Shown one piece after another: positions 7,085 through 17,070 of a stretch of DNA of 46,066 bases. The DNA lies in contig JBEBHM010000001.1 in assembly GCA_040080875.1 (NCBI GenBank), positions 1 to 46,066 on the forward strand. The letters run 5' to 3'. Within the stretch, counting starts at the first letter, position 1, and each line of letters starts with the position of its first letter. Source of the stretch: Pirellula sp. Lineage in GTDB: Bacteria; Planctomycetota; Planctomycetia; Pirellulales; Pirellulaceae. The notes under the pieces were generated by a model that did not search any database, was not told the DNA's origin, and saw nothing but the letters and a program-made list of their open reading frames with translations. A program made the position numbers and the translations under genes.

Positions 7085-10000
7085 TCATCGTCCGTTTGCG
7101 ACACGGGCAGTTGGTGCAGACGGTCGATAGGATGCAGGTGCCACTCCGTTGTATCCACCCTGCGCTCCTTGCGGATACTGATTTCCTTGCAGATAGGTAG
7201 AGTTTTGGATCGGTGACGCCGAGTTCACCGAGGGTTGGTCGTTGTACTCCGAAGCATTCAGAAGCGTGCGCCCTGCATCGGAATTAGAGCGAACGGGTGC
7301 ATTGATCGGATAACCGTCCAGCATTTCGGTACCTGGCGAGTTCATCAACTCGGGCTGTCCGATGTTCATGGAACTGGGTGGACCATTTCGTCGTGGTGAG
7401 TCGACTGTCGGTTGGAGATCAGGATAGATTACGGGCGAAGCGGCTGGTCCCCAAAGTCCATTTCCAGGCGAAAGTCCGTGGTCGCCATGAATGTTGAGAA
7501 CATCAGCGAGACACCAGCTCATGCGTGATGATTCTACTTGCTTGATCATTTCGAGTTTTTGATCATCGTTGTAGTTGATGATTCGAGGCGTCATGACTAC
7601 GAGAAGCTCCGTTCTGATTTCTGACTCACTATCGAATCGAAACAAAGCGCCCGCGATCGGAATATCTGCGAGAAATGGTACTCGCCTCGAACGCGACGTT
7701 CTGTTTTTCGTAATCAAACCGGAGAGCACGACGGTTTGCCCATCGTACGCGGTAACTCGGGTTTGGGTCAAAGTTTGATTGATGATCGGTGAAAAGATCG
7801 TTTCGCCGTTCGGTCCAAACGCGACGGGAACTCCATCGTTAATGTCTCCCAAACTGGACCTATTTACGGAAACGATCATGTTGATCAGTCCGTCTTGGTT
7901 GGTTCGGGGTTGGATTTGCATGATCAATCCAACCGGCACTTCTCCGATGCTCTGTTGTGTCCCAGTGACGCCCAGCGTGGATCCCTGAATTCGGGGCACG
8001 CTTTGTCCGACGGAAACCACACCGATGTTATTATCGATGGTCATCAACCTTGGACGCGACAAGATTTGTATACGGTTTGCGTCCTGCAATGCCCGGAACA
8101 ACATGCCCACCGATTCGTTGCTCGCAGCGAGAACCAGGCCCCCGTAGTTCAAGTTGGCATTGGTACGGCCCAATCCAAAACCTGAGAAAGCTTGACCGCC
8201 AACGTTGTCGGGACGTCGGTTGTTTGCCGCTGTCAAACCAGTCCCTAGATTGAACACAGGACTGTTCAGAGTCCCACCCGTTGCGCTATTACGGTCGAAT
8301 AGCAATGAATCTTGGAGTCCAAATTCAGCACCGAGATCGAAGTTATCTTCGAGAGTGACCTCGGCAACCAGAATCTCCACCGAGATCATTGGCATTTGCC
8401 GATCGAGTCGTTCGATGACTTCGCGGATCATGGGCATGAAGCGAGGCATGGCGCTAACAATCAGACTATTGGTCGCGGGTTCCGCAACTACAAAGATTTC
8501 GCGATCGATTCGTTCGTTAACGCTAAAGACCTGTCCGGCATTGATTCCAGCTTGCTGTACCGGCTGAATCGCGGTCAAGGCCGTTCTTTGCGAAGTGATC
8601 AATTGATTGACTGCGGTTTGAACGTCGAGCGCATTGCTATTGCGGAGCCAAATTACTTCCGTGAGTCTTTGCCTGGCATTGTCCTCATCAAGTCGTATGA
8701 TCAGGGTCTCGATAAGCTGCAGGTCCGTGTCGGAACCTGAAACGATGATCGAATTGGTTCTCGTCTCGGCAGCGATGCGAATTGGCACGAGCGAGTTATC
8801 GCCCCCAGCCGACAATGCGCCCAGGTTTTGGAATCCAAAGAGTCCTCCAAATGCTCCTCCCGTGTTGGCTTGGTTTGTCTGTGTCGTAGGCAAACCGAGC
8901 GCCTGCTGCAACGTGGTCACCAAACTGGACGCATCACCGTTTTTTATCTCGAATACCTTGATTTTTGCTTCGACACTGGGTGGCACATCCAATTGGTTGA
9001 TCAAAGCCGCGATCAACGCCATGCTCTTGGCCGGAGCCCGAACGATCAGAGCGTTGGTGGATGGATTATTCGTAATGACCACGCCGGAGAGTATGCCCGA
9101 GTTGACGATGCTTCCGTCTTTGGACAATGAGATTCGGCTATTGGGAATCGACGCGGACGAAGCGCCTGCGCCCCCTTGTTGCTGTCTCTGTTGACCACCA
9201 CCGCCACCCGGTTGCCCGGGTGTGGTTGCGGATTGCTCGCCCGTGATGGCCGTGTTCAAGATAGGCTGTATATCTGCCGCGACTGCAAACCTAAGCGGGA
9301 AAATCTTAAGCTCGCTTTCCGCCGAAGGTGCCTCGTCGACATCGATACTTTGAATGATCCCTGCGACTTGATTCAAATCGCGTGGCGATGCAATCACAAT
9401 CAGCGAATTGGTACGGTAATCGGCAACCACTTTCACTCTGGGAGCTAGGGTGGTGGTTTGGTTGGCCGCGCCGCCGGTCGTCGCCGTGTCCGGAAATGCT
9501 GCTTGAATTAGTGTCACGGCGTCCAGGGCGGAGGCATGCAGCAATCGGAAGACTCGCGAAGCGCTGCTCGGATCGGTCGGCTGATCGAGCTGGTCAATCA
9601 ACTCGACGATTGCGGTTAAGGCCTCTTTACGACCGATCAATAGCAGAGCGTTGGGTTGTCCAAGAGCTGTGATGCTAACGCTCCCTTGCCGTGGCGCGTA
9701 CACCTCCGTGTTCAAGTTCCTGACGATCGTCTCAAGCGCTTGGCTATTGACGTGCTTAAGCATTTTCAGTTGGATATCTGGGGCAGTCTCAATGCTCTGC
9801 TTTTTGATTTGTTCGATGACTTCGTTGACGCGTTGAACGTCCTTTTTACTACCCTTGATGATCACAAGTCCCATTTCGGGCACGAACGAAATTTCGACAT
9901 CTCCGATGAGTCCACTCGATGCGAGACCATCTTGAGATTGGAGCAGAGTTGTCGGTGCATTCTCTTGCCCCAAGCGTTGTACGCTGGTCGCTTCGTCTTC

Positions 10001-10828
10001 TTCCACAGGTCTCTGCCCGGGCTGTTGGTATGTCGCATATCGGACCAATTTAATGGCGCGTTCGATGCGTTCAGGAGTGGCTGGCGAGATTGGGACGATT
10101 TGCGTTGGACGGTTCGGGTCGGCTTGGCCCATGTCGATGGCTGTGACGACTTGGGTCCAGGCCATGACGTTGGTTGGAGTTCCTTGGAGGCGAACAGCGT
10201 CGTTGCGTCGGTCCACCAACATGACATCTTGGACCGAGTCTTTGCTGACCAACTTGAGTTGGGCCAACTCACCGTTGTTCAAGGTGGTGATCGTGAGTTT
10301 TGGACCAGCAAGGCGTCCGACCGCATCCTCAAGCTCACGCCATGTGATACGCTGCAGTTTGTATTGGTTTTGTTGGATGGTGCTGGGAATAATGTTTCCG
10401 CGTGCGTCCCTGCTCAGGCTCCCGACTTGTTTTCGCACAGCTTCGACGGCTTGGGCGATTTGTCGTTGCGTCGCCTCGGGAGCCAAAACCATCAGTCGGC
10501 CTGAGTTGGGTTCGTTGGTGATGCGAACACGCTTGTCCGCGCCGAACTGCATTTGGAGCTTGGCCGCCACCTGTCCCACATTTTCAAGCGGAACGTCGTA
10601 CGCTTGCAGTCGAGCGTCGGACGTCGCTCCAGCCGCCATGGGATTGATGATCTGCTGCGTGTTGCTGTTGCTCGCAGGAGGCAGTTGGAATGCTTGGTTG
10701 GGGGGAGGCAATTGGCTTTGACCGCAAAGTTGTCCAATTTGAAACAAAGGTGCTGTGGACACCAATGCCAATATCGAAAGGAGCCGAGATTTTCGGAGCG
10801 GTTTTCGGAGGGGTTTTCTTGAATTCAC
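7085..10828 (-). CDS. large secretin (GspD/type II-III secretion family outer-membrane channel) with multiple N-domains
   Basis: Repeated Secretin_N motifs (VFRLLHASA..ADYRTNSLIV; IFPLRFAVA..NPSTNALIV; VFEIKNGDA..AETRTNSIIV; VIWLRNSNA..AEPATNSLIV) and a secretin core (ISVEILVAEV, ILSRPRLMTIDN, VPFLADIPIAGALFR..RTELLVVMTPRI). Confidence 0.93.
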   Translation of the reverse strand: MNSRKPLRKPLRKSRLLSILALVSTAPLFQIGQLCGQSQLPPPNQAFQLPPASNSNTQQIINPMAAGATSDARLQAYDVPLENVGQVAAKLQMQFGADKRVRITNEPNSGRLMVLAPEATQRQIAQAVEAVRKQVGSLSRDARGNIIPSTIQQNQYKLQRITWRELEDAVGRLAGPKLTITTLNNGELAQLKLVSKDSVQDVMLVDRRNDAVRLQGTPTNVMAWTQVVTAIDMGQADPNRPTQIVPISPATPERIERAIKLVRYATYQQPGQRPVEEDEATSVQRLGQENAPTTLLQSQDGLASSGLIGDVEISFVPEMGLVIIKGSKKDVQRVNEVIEQIKKQSIETAPDIQLKMLKHVNSQALETIVRNLNTEVYAPRQGSVSITALGQPNALLLIGRKEALTAIVELIDQLDQPTDPSSASRVFRLLHASALDAVTLIQAAFPDTATTGGAANQTTTLAPRVKVVADYRTNSLIVIASPRDLNQVAGIIQSIDVDEAPSAESELKIFPLRFAVAADIQPILNTAITGEQSATTPGQPGGGGGQQRQQQGGAGASSASIPNSRISLSKDGSIVNSGILSGVVITNNPSTNALIVRAPAKSMALIAALINQLDVPPSVEAKIKVFEIKNGDASSLVTTLQQALGLPTTQTNQANTGGAFGGLFGFQNLGALSAGGDNSLVPIRIAAETRTNSIIVSGSDTDLQLIETLIIRLDEDNARQRLTEVIWLRNSNALDVQTAVNQLITSQRTALTAIQPVQQAGINAGQVFSVNERIDREIFVVAEPATNSLIVSAMPRFMPMIREVIERLDRQMPMISVEILVAEVTLEDNFDLGAEFGLQDSLLFDRNSATGGTLNSPVFNLGTGLTAANNRRPDNVGGQAFSGFGLGRTNANLNYGGLVLAASNESVGMLFRALQDANRIQILSRPRLMTIDNNIGVVSVGQSVPRIQGSTLGVTGTQQSIGEVPVGLIMQIQPRTNQDGLINMIVSVNRSSLGDINDGVPVAFGPNGETIFSPIINQTLTQTRVTAYDGQTVVLSGLITKNRTSRSRRVPFLADIPIAGALFRFDSESEIRTELLVVMTPRIINYNDDQKLEMIKQVESSRMSWCLADVLNIHGDHGLSPGNGLWGPAASPVIYPDLQPTVDSPRRNGPPSSMNIGQPELMNSPGTEMLDGYPINAPVRSNSDAGRTLLNASEYNDQPSVNSASPIQNSTYLQGNQYPQGAQGGYNGVAPASYRPSAPTARVANGR

Positions 10829-10971
10829 GTGCCGTACCTTTTTCCTTATTCTGGGCGTTCGAAATGAAACAAGCCCACAGTCCTCGGTATCATCGGAACA
10901 ATCGGAACAAGTTCTTCAGTCAAAACATCTTCTCAAGGCGGCAAATCTTCACAGTCGCGAGATAGCCTCAC

Positions 10972-12535
<1,564 letters not shown>

Positions 12536-12566
12536 TCGACCGAGCGCGAGGTTGCAAAAGCCCAAC

Positions 12567-14225
12567 GTGATTCCACGATCCATTCGCAAGTGGTCAGCGA
12601 TCGCTTGGTCGGGTAGTGGCCTGATTGCATTTTCTGTAGTCGCTCCACTCTGCCAATCGCAACAACCAGCCGCATGGTCACCTGACGCGTTCGTGGCACC
12701 CCAAACGACCCAGTCGGTTCAAAACATCCCTCGCAATAGTTTGCGAGAAAGCGTCCCGAAAGAGTCGGGTGAGGTCGCGAGATGGCGAGCACCTGAGTCG
12801 ATGCCAGTTACAGACAATAAAAATTTTAGTACCGCAATTCCAACGAGAACTCCTACTACAATCCAGGCTACGAACGCATCCATCGTTGCATCGCCCGCAG
12901 TGCGTCCAACCGAACCTCGTAGCTCCTTTGAATTGAACGAGGTGATGCAACGCGAGGCTTCCAAGAGCGCCAAGTCACATGTTCGTCTGGCTTCGCATGC
13001 GACCGAGTCAAACGCAACGAGCGCGAATCGCTCGACCTCGAACGGCGTATGGTACGATCGAGCCGATGAGACAGCAGAGAGCGGATTGCAAATCGGACCT
13101 CCAATTCTCATGGACTCAACCAGCAGGCGAGCATCTCAGCTCAAGTCGAATGCGCCATCGGAATCGAGCACAAGTACTGTTCGGCGAGTACGGCATCAAG
13201 AACCTAAGACAGACTCACCCCTTGGAATCGGGCCATTGAATTTGCCTCCACCCCAAACTTCGCTTCCGGAGCCAATTCCCAGTGTCCTCGCCACCCCGGA
13301 ATCGCTTCGCAGCCCAGATCGGTCTCTCAATGCCGAACCGCCGCGCATGCAGGATCCAAGTAGTCGACCTGGCCAATCGCTGCTTGACAAGGAACCGGTC
13401 GTTCCCAATCCCTTTCCAAGCTCTCGCAATCCAAGTTCCCAAGATAGTCGCTCTCCCTCGGACGGTTCCGAGCCACTCCCCTTGAACCGAGCGGACAACA
13501 AGGACAAAGCTCCAGCACCACCAAGAAGCGCTGTTCGATCCACCGTCGATTGCGATGTGGTTCGCCAAATGGCCAAGGACACAGACATCCGAAAGATCAA
13601 AGTCGACTCGTCTCCCATCTTTGGTGCGAGCATTCAAGACGAAAAGAGCAAGCCCAAGAATACCAAAGAGGATTTCGTTGCGAACGCTCCGACTCGCAAT
13701 TGGTATAACCACGACGGTGCGGTCGTGGCACAAGGCAAACTGGTCGACATCGAATATGGCATGGTCATCATCGAACGAGAAGATGGCACACGCACGTCCT
13801 ATCTGATGCGCAAACTGAGCGACTATGATCAAGCCTACGTAGCTCAATCTTGGTCGATTCCAATCACGTGCAGTATCGACGATGGTTCCTTTCCAAGTCG
13901 CGATTTCGTTGAAACGACAATGACTTGGAAAGCCAGCGGAGCGTGCCACAAACCGTTGTACTTCGAAGATGTTCAGCTGGAACGCTATGGGCACGAGTGG
14001 GGCCCCGCTGCACAACCTGTTGTCTCAACGCTGCGTTTCTTTGGCGGTGTTGCCGTGCTCCCGTACAAGATGGGTATACACCCTATGAACGAATGCCAGT
14101 ACGCCCTCGGTCATTATCGACCAGGCTCCTGTGCACCCTGGACTATTGGACCGGTTCCCCTCAGTCTGCAAGGCGCTTTGATGCAAGCTAAATTCGTAAC
14201 CGGAACAGCTTTGGCAATGCCATAG
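12567..14225 (+). CDS. secreted hypothetical protein with an SHD1 domain and a planctomycete-type C-terminal domain
   Basis: Signal-like N-terminus after GTG 12567 (start uncertain), a long P/S-rich disordered region, an SHD1 pattern RNWYNHDG...GMVIIEREDG...LSDYDQAYV, and a C-terminal WKASGACHKPLYFEDVQLERYGH...LPYKMG...LGHYRPGSCAP. Confidence 0.8.
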   Translation: MIPRSIRKWSAIAWSGSGLIAFSVVAPLCQSQQPAAWSPDAFVAPQTTQSVQNIPRNSLRESVPKESGEVARWRAPESMPVTDNKNFSTAIPTRTPTTIQATNASIVASPAVRPTEPRSSFELNEVMQREASKSAKSHVRLASHATESNATSANRSTSNGVWYDRADETAESGLQIGPPILMDSTSRRASQLKSNAPSESSTSTVRRVRHQEPKTDSPLGIGPLNLPPPQTSLPEPIPSVLATPESLRSPDRSLNAEPPRMQDPSSRPGQSLLDKEPVVPNPFPSSRNPSSQDSRSPSDGSEPLPLNRADNKDKAPAPPRSAVRSTVDCDVVRQMAKDTDIRKIKVDSSPIFGASIQDEKSKPKNTKEDFVANAPTRNWYNHDGAVVAQGKLVDIEYGMVIIEREDGTRTSYLMRKLSDYDQAYVAQSWSIPITCSIDDGSFPSRDFVETTMTWKASGACHKPLYFEDVQLERYGHEWGPAAQPVVSTLRFFGGVAVLPYKMGIHPMNECQYALGHYRPGSCAPWTIGPVPLSLQGALMQAKFVTGTALAMP

Positions 14226-14305
14226 ATAGGGGTAGGGAGACCGCATTGAGTTGCGGTCCCCCTCCCTCCAAACCGTACGTGCGGTTTTCCCGCATACGGC
14301 TTTCC
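14226..14305 (-). ncRNA. group II intron catalytic domains V and VI
   Basis: Canonical DV stem-bulge-stem with a GAAAA loop. DVI stem GGGGGACCGCA/TGCGGTCTCCC, with the branch A 8 nt from the 3' end. Confidence 0.93.
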
Positions 14306-14307
14306 GG

Positions 14308-15047
14308 TTAGTAGCTGGCTAGGGATTGAACGAACCGACGGTGGCCTTCACGCAGGCTGTATAGACCAAGCTCGGAGAAATAGGAATTGGGCCAACGTTG
14401 GGTACGAGGTAAACGGTCCGGATTGCGTCTATGCCGCTTGAGAAGAATGCGGCGTAAGCGTTTGCGCACCATCCCATCGTAGAAATCAAAGACGTTCCAG
14501 AAACAATGACGAAAGTAGTTAAACCAGCCACGCAGCGTGCGGCTTAGCGTTGCGATCACTTGTTCGAGTGGCCCATTCAGCTTACGCGGAGTTAGGTCTC
14601 GAATGCGATCTACCATCTTGCGATGGCTTTTGGCTCGTGGAAAGCGAAAACGCCCACGAAATGAGTATCCCAAGAATGAGAAACTGTGGCTGCGGCTATC
14701 GACTATGCTTGTCTTCTCCGGATGGAGAGTCAAACCCGTGGAGACGACCCAGTCAATTCCTCGTCGAAAAACTCGTCAACCGTTTGTCGATCTACTCCTG
14801 CGGCACCTTGCTTGTCAACGACTTTCATCGGCGAGACACTCAAGTTCCGCTCGCTCAGTACCTTATCGTATAACGTGTGCCATTTTCCTCCTCTCACCTT
14901 CCTTTCCAAAAGTGTCTTCAACATGCTTTCTGTCCAGACCAAAGGATGGGCCCATTGTTGTTTAGGTGGGGGCTCTACAGCCTGTGTAGCCGCGAACGGC
15001 ACTGTGACTGTCAAGTAATCTCGATTGCTTTTCTTCGGTTTATTCAT
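14308..15047 (-). pseudogene. ltrA: group II intron reverse transcriptase/maturase remnant (RT0 joined out of frame to the end of the RT plus domain X; no YADD, no endonuclease domain)
   Basis: The N-terminal part has VWTESMLKTL..GGKWHTLYDKV..GAAGVDRQTV (RT0). The C-terminal part has GLTLHPEKT..FSFLGYSF..LRGWFNYF..RWPNSYFSELGL. The central RT motifs (PQG, YADD) are absent, and the frame changes near 14760. Confidence 0.9.
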
Positions 15048-15199
15048 AGTTGCATCTACCTTCCTGTCACCCTTGGCTCCACCAAGTTATGTTGTCTTGG
15101 CTTCATCGCTAAACGCAGTTACCATGTTGGATTCAGGGTGGTAACGTTACCCTGGTTGGGATTTTCACCCAACTGATCAAACGCCTTCGAAGGCGCACT

Positions 15200-15220
15200 A
15201 AACGATTGTCTCAATCGTTT
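15200..15220. terminator. 9-bp-stem hairpin abutting the intron 5' end; candidate terminator between convergent genes
   Basis: AAACGATTG-tct-CAATCGTTT. Confidence 0.5.
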
Positions 15221-15245
15221 CCGGGCGTGATCTTATCGTGGGCTT

Positions 15246-15273
15246 TCGTCATTAGTCATTTGCCATTCGTCAT
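15246..15273. repeat. 7-bp tandem repeat x4 (consensus TCGTCAT)
   Basis: tcgtcat tagtcat ttgccat tcgtcat. Confidence 0.7.
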
Positions 15274-15360
15274 TCGCAGGCTTCGTGTTGGCCGTGCCCC
15301 CAGTTGGCTTGTCCGGCTTGTCCGACTGGAGCGTAAGGCTCGTCAGCTACAGGAGCGTTA

Positions 15361-16968
15361 TCAGCCACCGATTTGAGCGTACTGAATGATCGCGGCGGAA
15401 TCGGTTTGTTTCTTATTCCATTCAATAATCTCAGTTGGGACCGGCCGGTAGTCATGCCAAATCTTGATTGGTCCCCACCAAGTTCGTTGCATGAGTGGCC
15501 GGAGATTCCAATTCAACGGCAAAATGTATGGCTGTCGCTCGGATGCTGCCACCGCCAGCGCAAAGCCCGCTTGATCGTTGTAAGGCATGGTCTCGATTTG
15601 ATTGCCGCGAATGAATTGGATCGACGAATCGACCGAGCGTACGTGTTGCATCCAGGCTTCGAAAATCGGCGTTGCTTGACGTGTAAAGAATAAGACACCC
15701 GTGTTGTACTCGACCATATCCCCTGCCAAGCCACCATAGCGTCGGGCCCATGGGTTTTCGCAGATGCAACAAGCAAGTCGGTGCCGTTGTGCCATCGTAA
15801 ATCCGAAATCCAATCGGTCCAGCACTACCGTGTCGATGTCCAAAAACAACGTTTCGTCGAAAGGCGTGATACGATGCATCGCGGCCTTGTCGAGCAGCGT
15901 CGCATTGTCCGGCAACTGATGCGTGTGAATTGGAAGTTCTGGATGAATGGCCCTGACGGATTCGATAGATCGTTGATGGCTGGCACCGGTGTCGGGGCCC
16001 CATTTGATGTACACAACGCCACGTTTCGGGGCAAGGACTTTAACGTCGTTGGCATTCCTGAATTGCCATTCTTTGCCATCCAAGCGAGCGAGCGGAGCGA
16101 GTCCGATGGCTTGCGGAGGTTCCACCAGTGCATCGGGATGTACCCATGGCCAATCGAAAAACTCTCGAAGTCGAACAGGAAACGTGTCGTGCTGTTGGAG
16201 TCTCTGCCAGTCTTGGAAAATGTTCTTGTAGCCGTAGTATCTTTCTTTGAACTCAAGCTGTTCGGGAGTAACGTACGCGAAATGCTGAAAGACCAAACCA
16301 TGTGCTTCCAATTCGAATGGCCAAAATGGCTTCATGGTTGCGACATCAACCCATTTGTTCGAATTGGGGCGAGGTTCCGCGAGCACAGGCGGTTCGTGGG
16401 CGAGCCACCTCATCCCCGGCTTGAACCGCCAGGCCCTGCGCCACTCGATTTCCGCGTAGCGACGGAGCCGATTGATGACTCGATTCGGTCCTACAAAATA
16501 ATGACAGAAAAATATGGCCGCCTTGCGCTCCGGGTTTTTTGAAAAGAGCTGATGCATCGTATGGAACTGATCGGTCGTCCAGAGTTCGTCCGCATCGATC
16601 TCCCAGAGCAAGCATTCTTCTTGGATATTCGCCAACGGTGCGGCAACCATCTCCAACTTTCCATCCCACACACGTTCGTTGGGTGCGCGGTAAATGGTGA
16701 TCTGTCCCGGGTGCTCACGCGCGATTTGGTCAAGGTACTCAGAGGTTCCATCGACCGATCGGCCCGATTGTACAACGTCGGTTGGCAGCTTGGCTCCGTA
16801 ATGAACTGACCATGACGTATCGTGTTTGAGGTCTGCGAGCCCCTCAACGATATGCCAATGCCACGGGACAGTTAGTGCCCGCATGCGATCCAGGTGATAG
16901 CGGATAAAGGGCTGACCGTTCAGCACGATCGTAAAGAAGTGGATCGGCAGGGGCATTGAGTTGGACAT
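15361..16968 (-). CDS. two-domain glycosyltransferase (N-terminal GT-A domain plus C-terminal GT8-like domain)
   Basis: N-domain FTIVLNGQPFIRYH..IVEG..SVDGTSEYL..LLWEIDADELW..FQHFAY. C-domain TLFLDIDTVVL, EYNTGVLFF, NDQAGFALA, ILPLNWN and IWH. Confidence 0.85.
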   Translation of the reverse strand: MSNSMPLPIHFFTIVLNGQPFIRYHLDRMRALTVPWHWHIVEGLADLKHDTSWSVHYGAKLPTDVVQSGRSVDGTSEYLDQIAREHPGQITIYRAPNERVWDGKLEMVAAPLANIQEECLLWEIDADELWTTDQFHTMHQLFSKNPERKAAIFFCHYFVGPNRVINRLRRYAEIEWRRAWRFKPGMRWLAHEPPVLAEPRPNSNKWVDVATMKPFWPFELEAHGLVFQHFAYVTPEQLEFKERYYGYKNIFQDWQRLQQHDTFPVRLREFFDWPWVHPDALVEPPQAIGLAPLARLDGKEWQFRNANDVKVLAPKRGVVYIKWGPDTGASHQRSIESVRAIHPELPIHTHQLPDNATLLDKAAMHRITPFDETLFLDIDTVVLDRLDFGFTMAQRHRLACCICENPWARRYGGLAGDMVEYNTGVLFFTRQATPIFEAWMQHVRSVDSSIQFIRGNQIETMPYNDQAGFALAVAASERQPYILPLNWNLRPLMQRTWWGPIKIWHDYRPVPTEIIEWNKKQTDSAAIIQYAQIGG

Positions 16969-17008
16969 CCAGTCACAAGATCTAGAGAGCTGAAAAGATC
17001 ACTGTACC

Positions 17009-17043
17009 AAAAAACAAAACCGGACATGCATTGTCCGGTTTTG
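17009..17043 (-). terminator. rho-independent terminator downstream of the 17071-18561 gene
   Basis: Minus strand CAAAACCGGACA-ATGCA-TGTCCGGTTTTG followed by TTTTTT. Confidence 0.8.
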
Positions 17044-17070
17044 AAATCGTTTTGGTTCCGATTCGACTTA

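Larger units (their letters stand above)
14226..15198 (-). mobile_element. group II intron, internally deleted (973 nt), both termini intact
   Basis: 5' end GTGCG at 15198. DV AAGCCGTATGCGGGAAAACCGCACGTACGGTTT (about 14302-14270) with AGC triad. DVI with bulged A (14233) and 3' end ...CCTACCCCTAT at 14226. RT/maturase fragments lie inside. Confidence 0.93.

Noticed and set aside
14730-14770. Programmed frameshift or translational coupling joining the two RT fragments
   Set aside because: Even if joined, the product lacks the central RT motifs. A deletion junction explains the frame change.
14308-15047. Possible retron, DGR or active RT defence system
   Set aside because: The fragments are group II intron RT0 and domain X inside intron termini. 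There is no catalytic YADD, and I saw no TR/VR pair, avd gene or msr-msd.
14226-15198. Classification as a IIC intron because of the upstream hairpin
   Set aside because: DV is full length with an AGC triad, unlike the short CGC-type DV of IIC. The subclass is left open.
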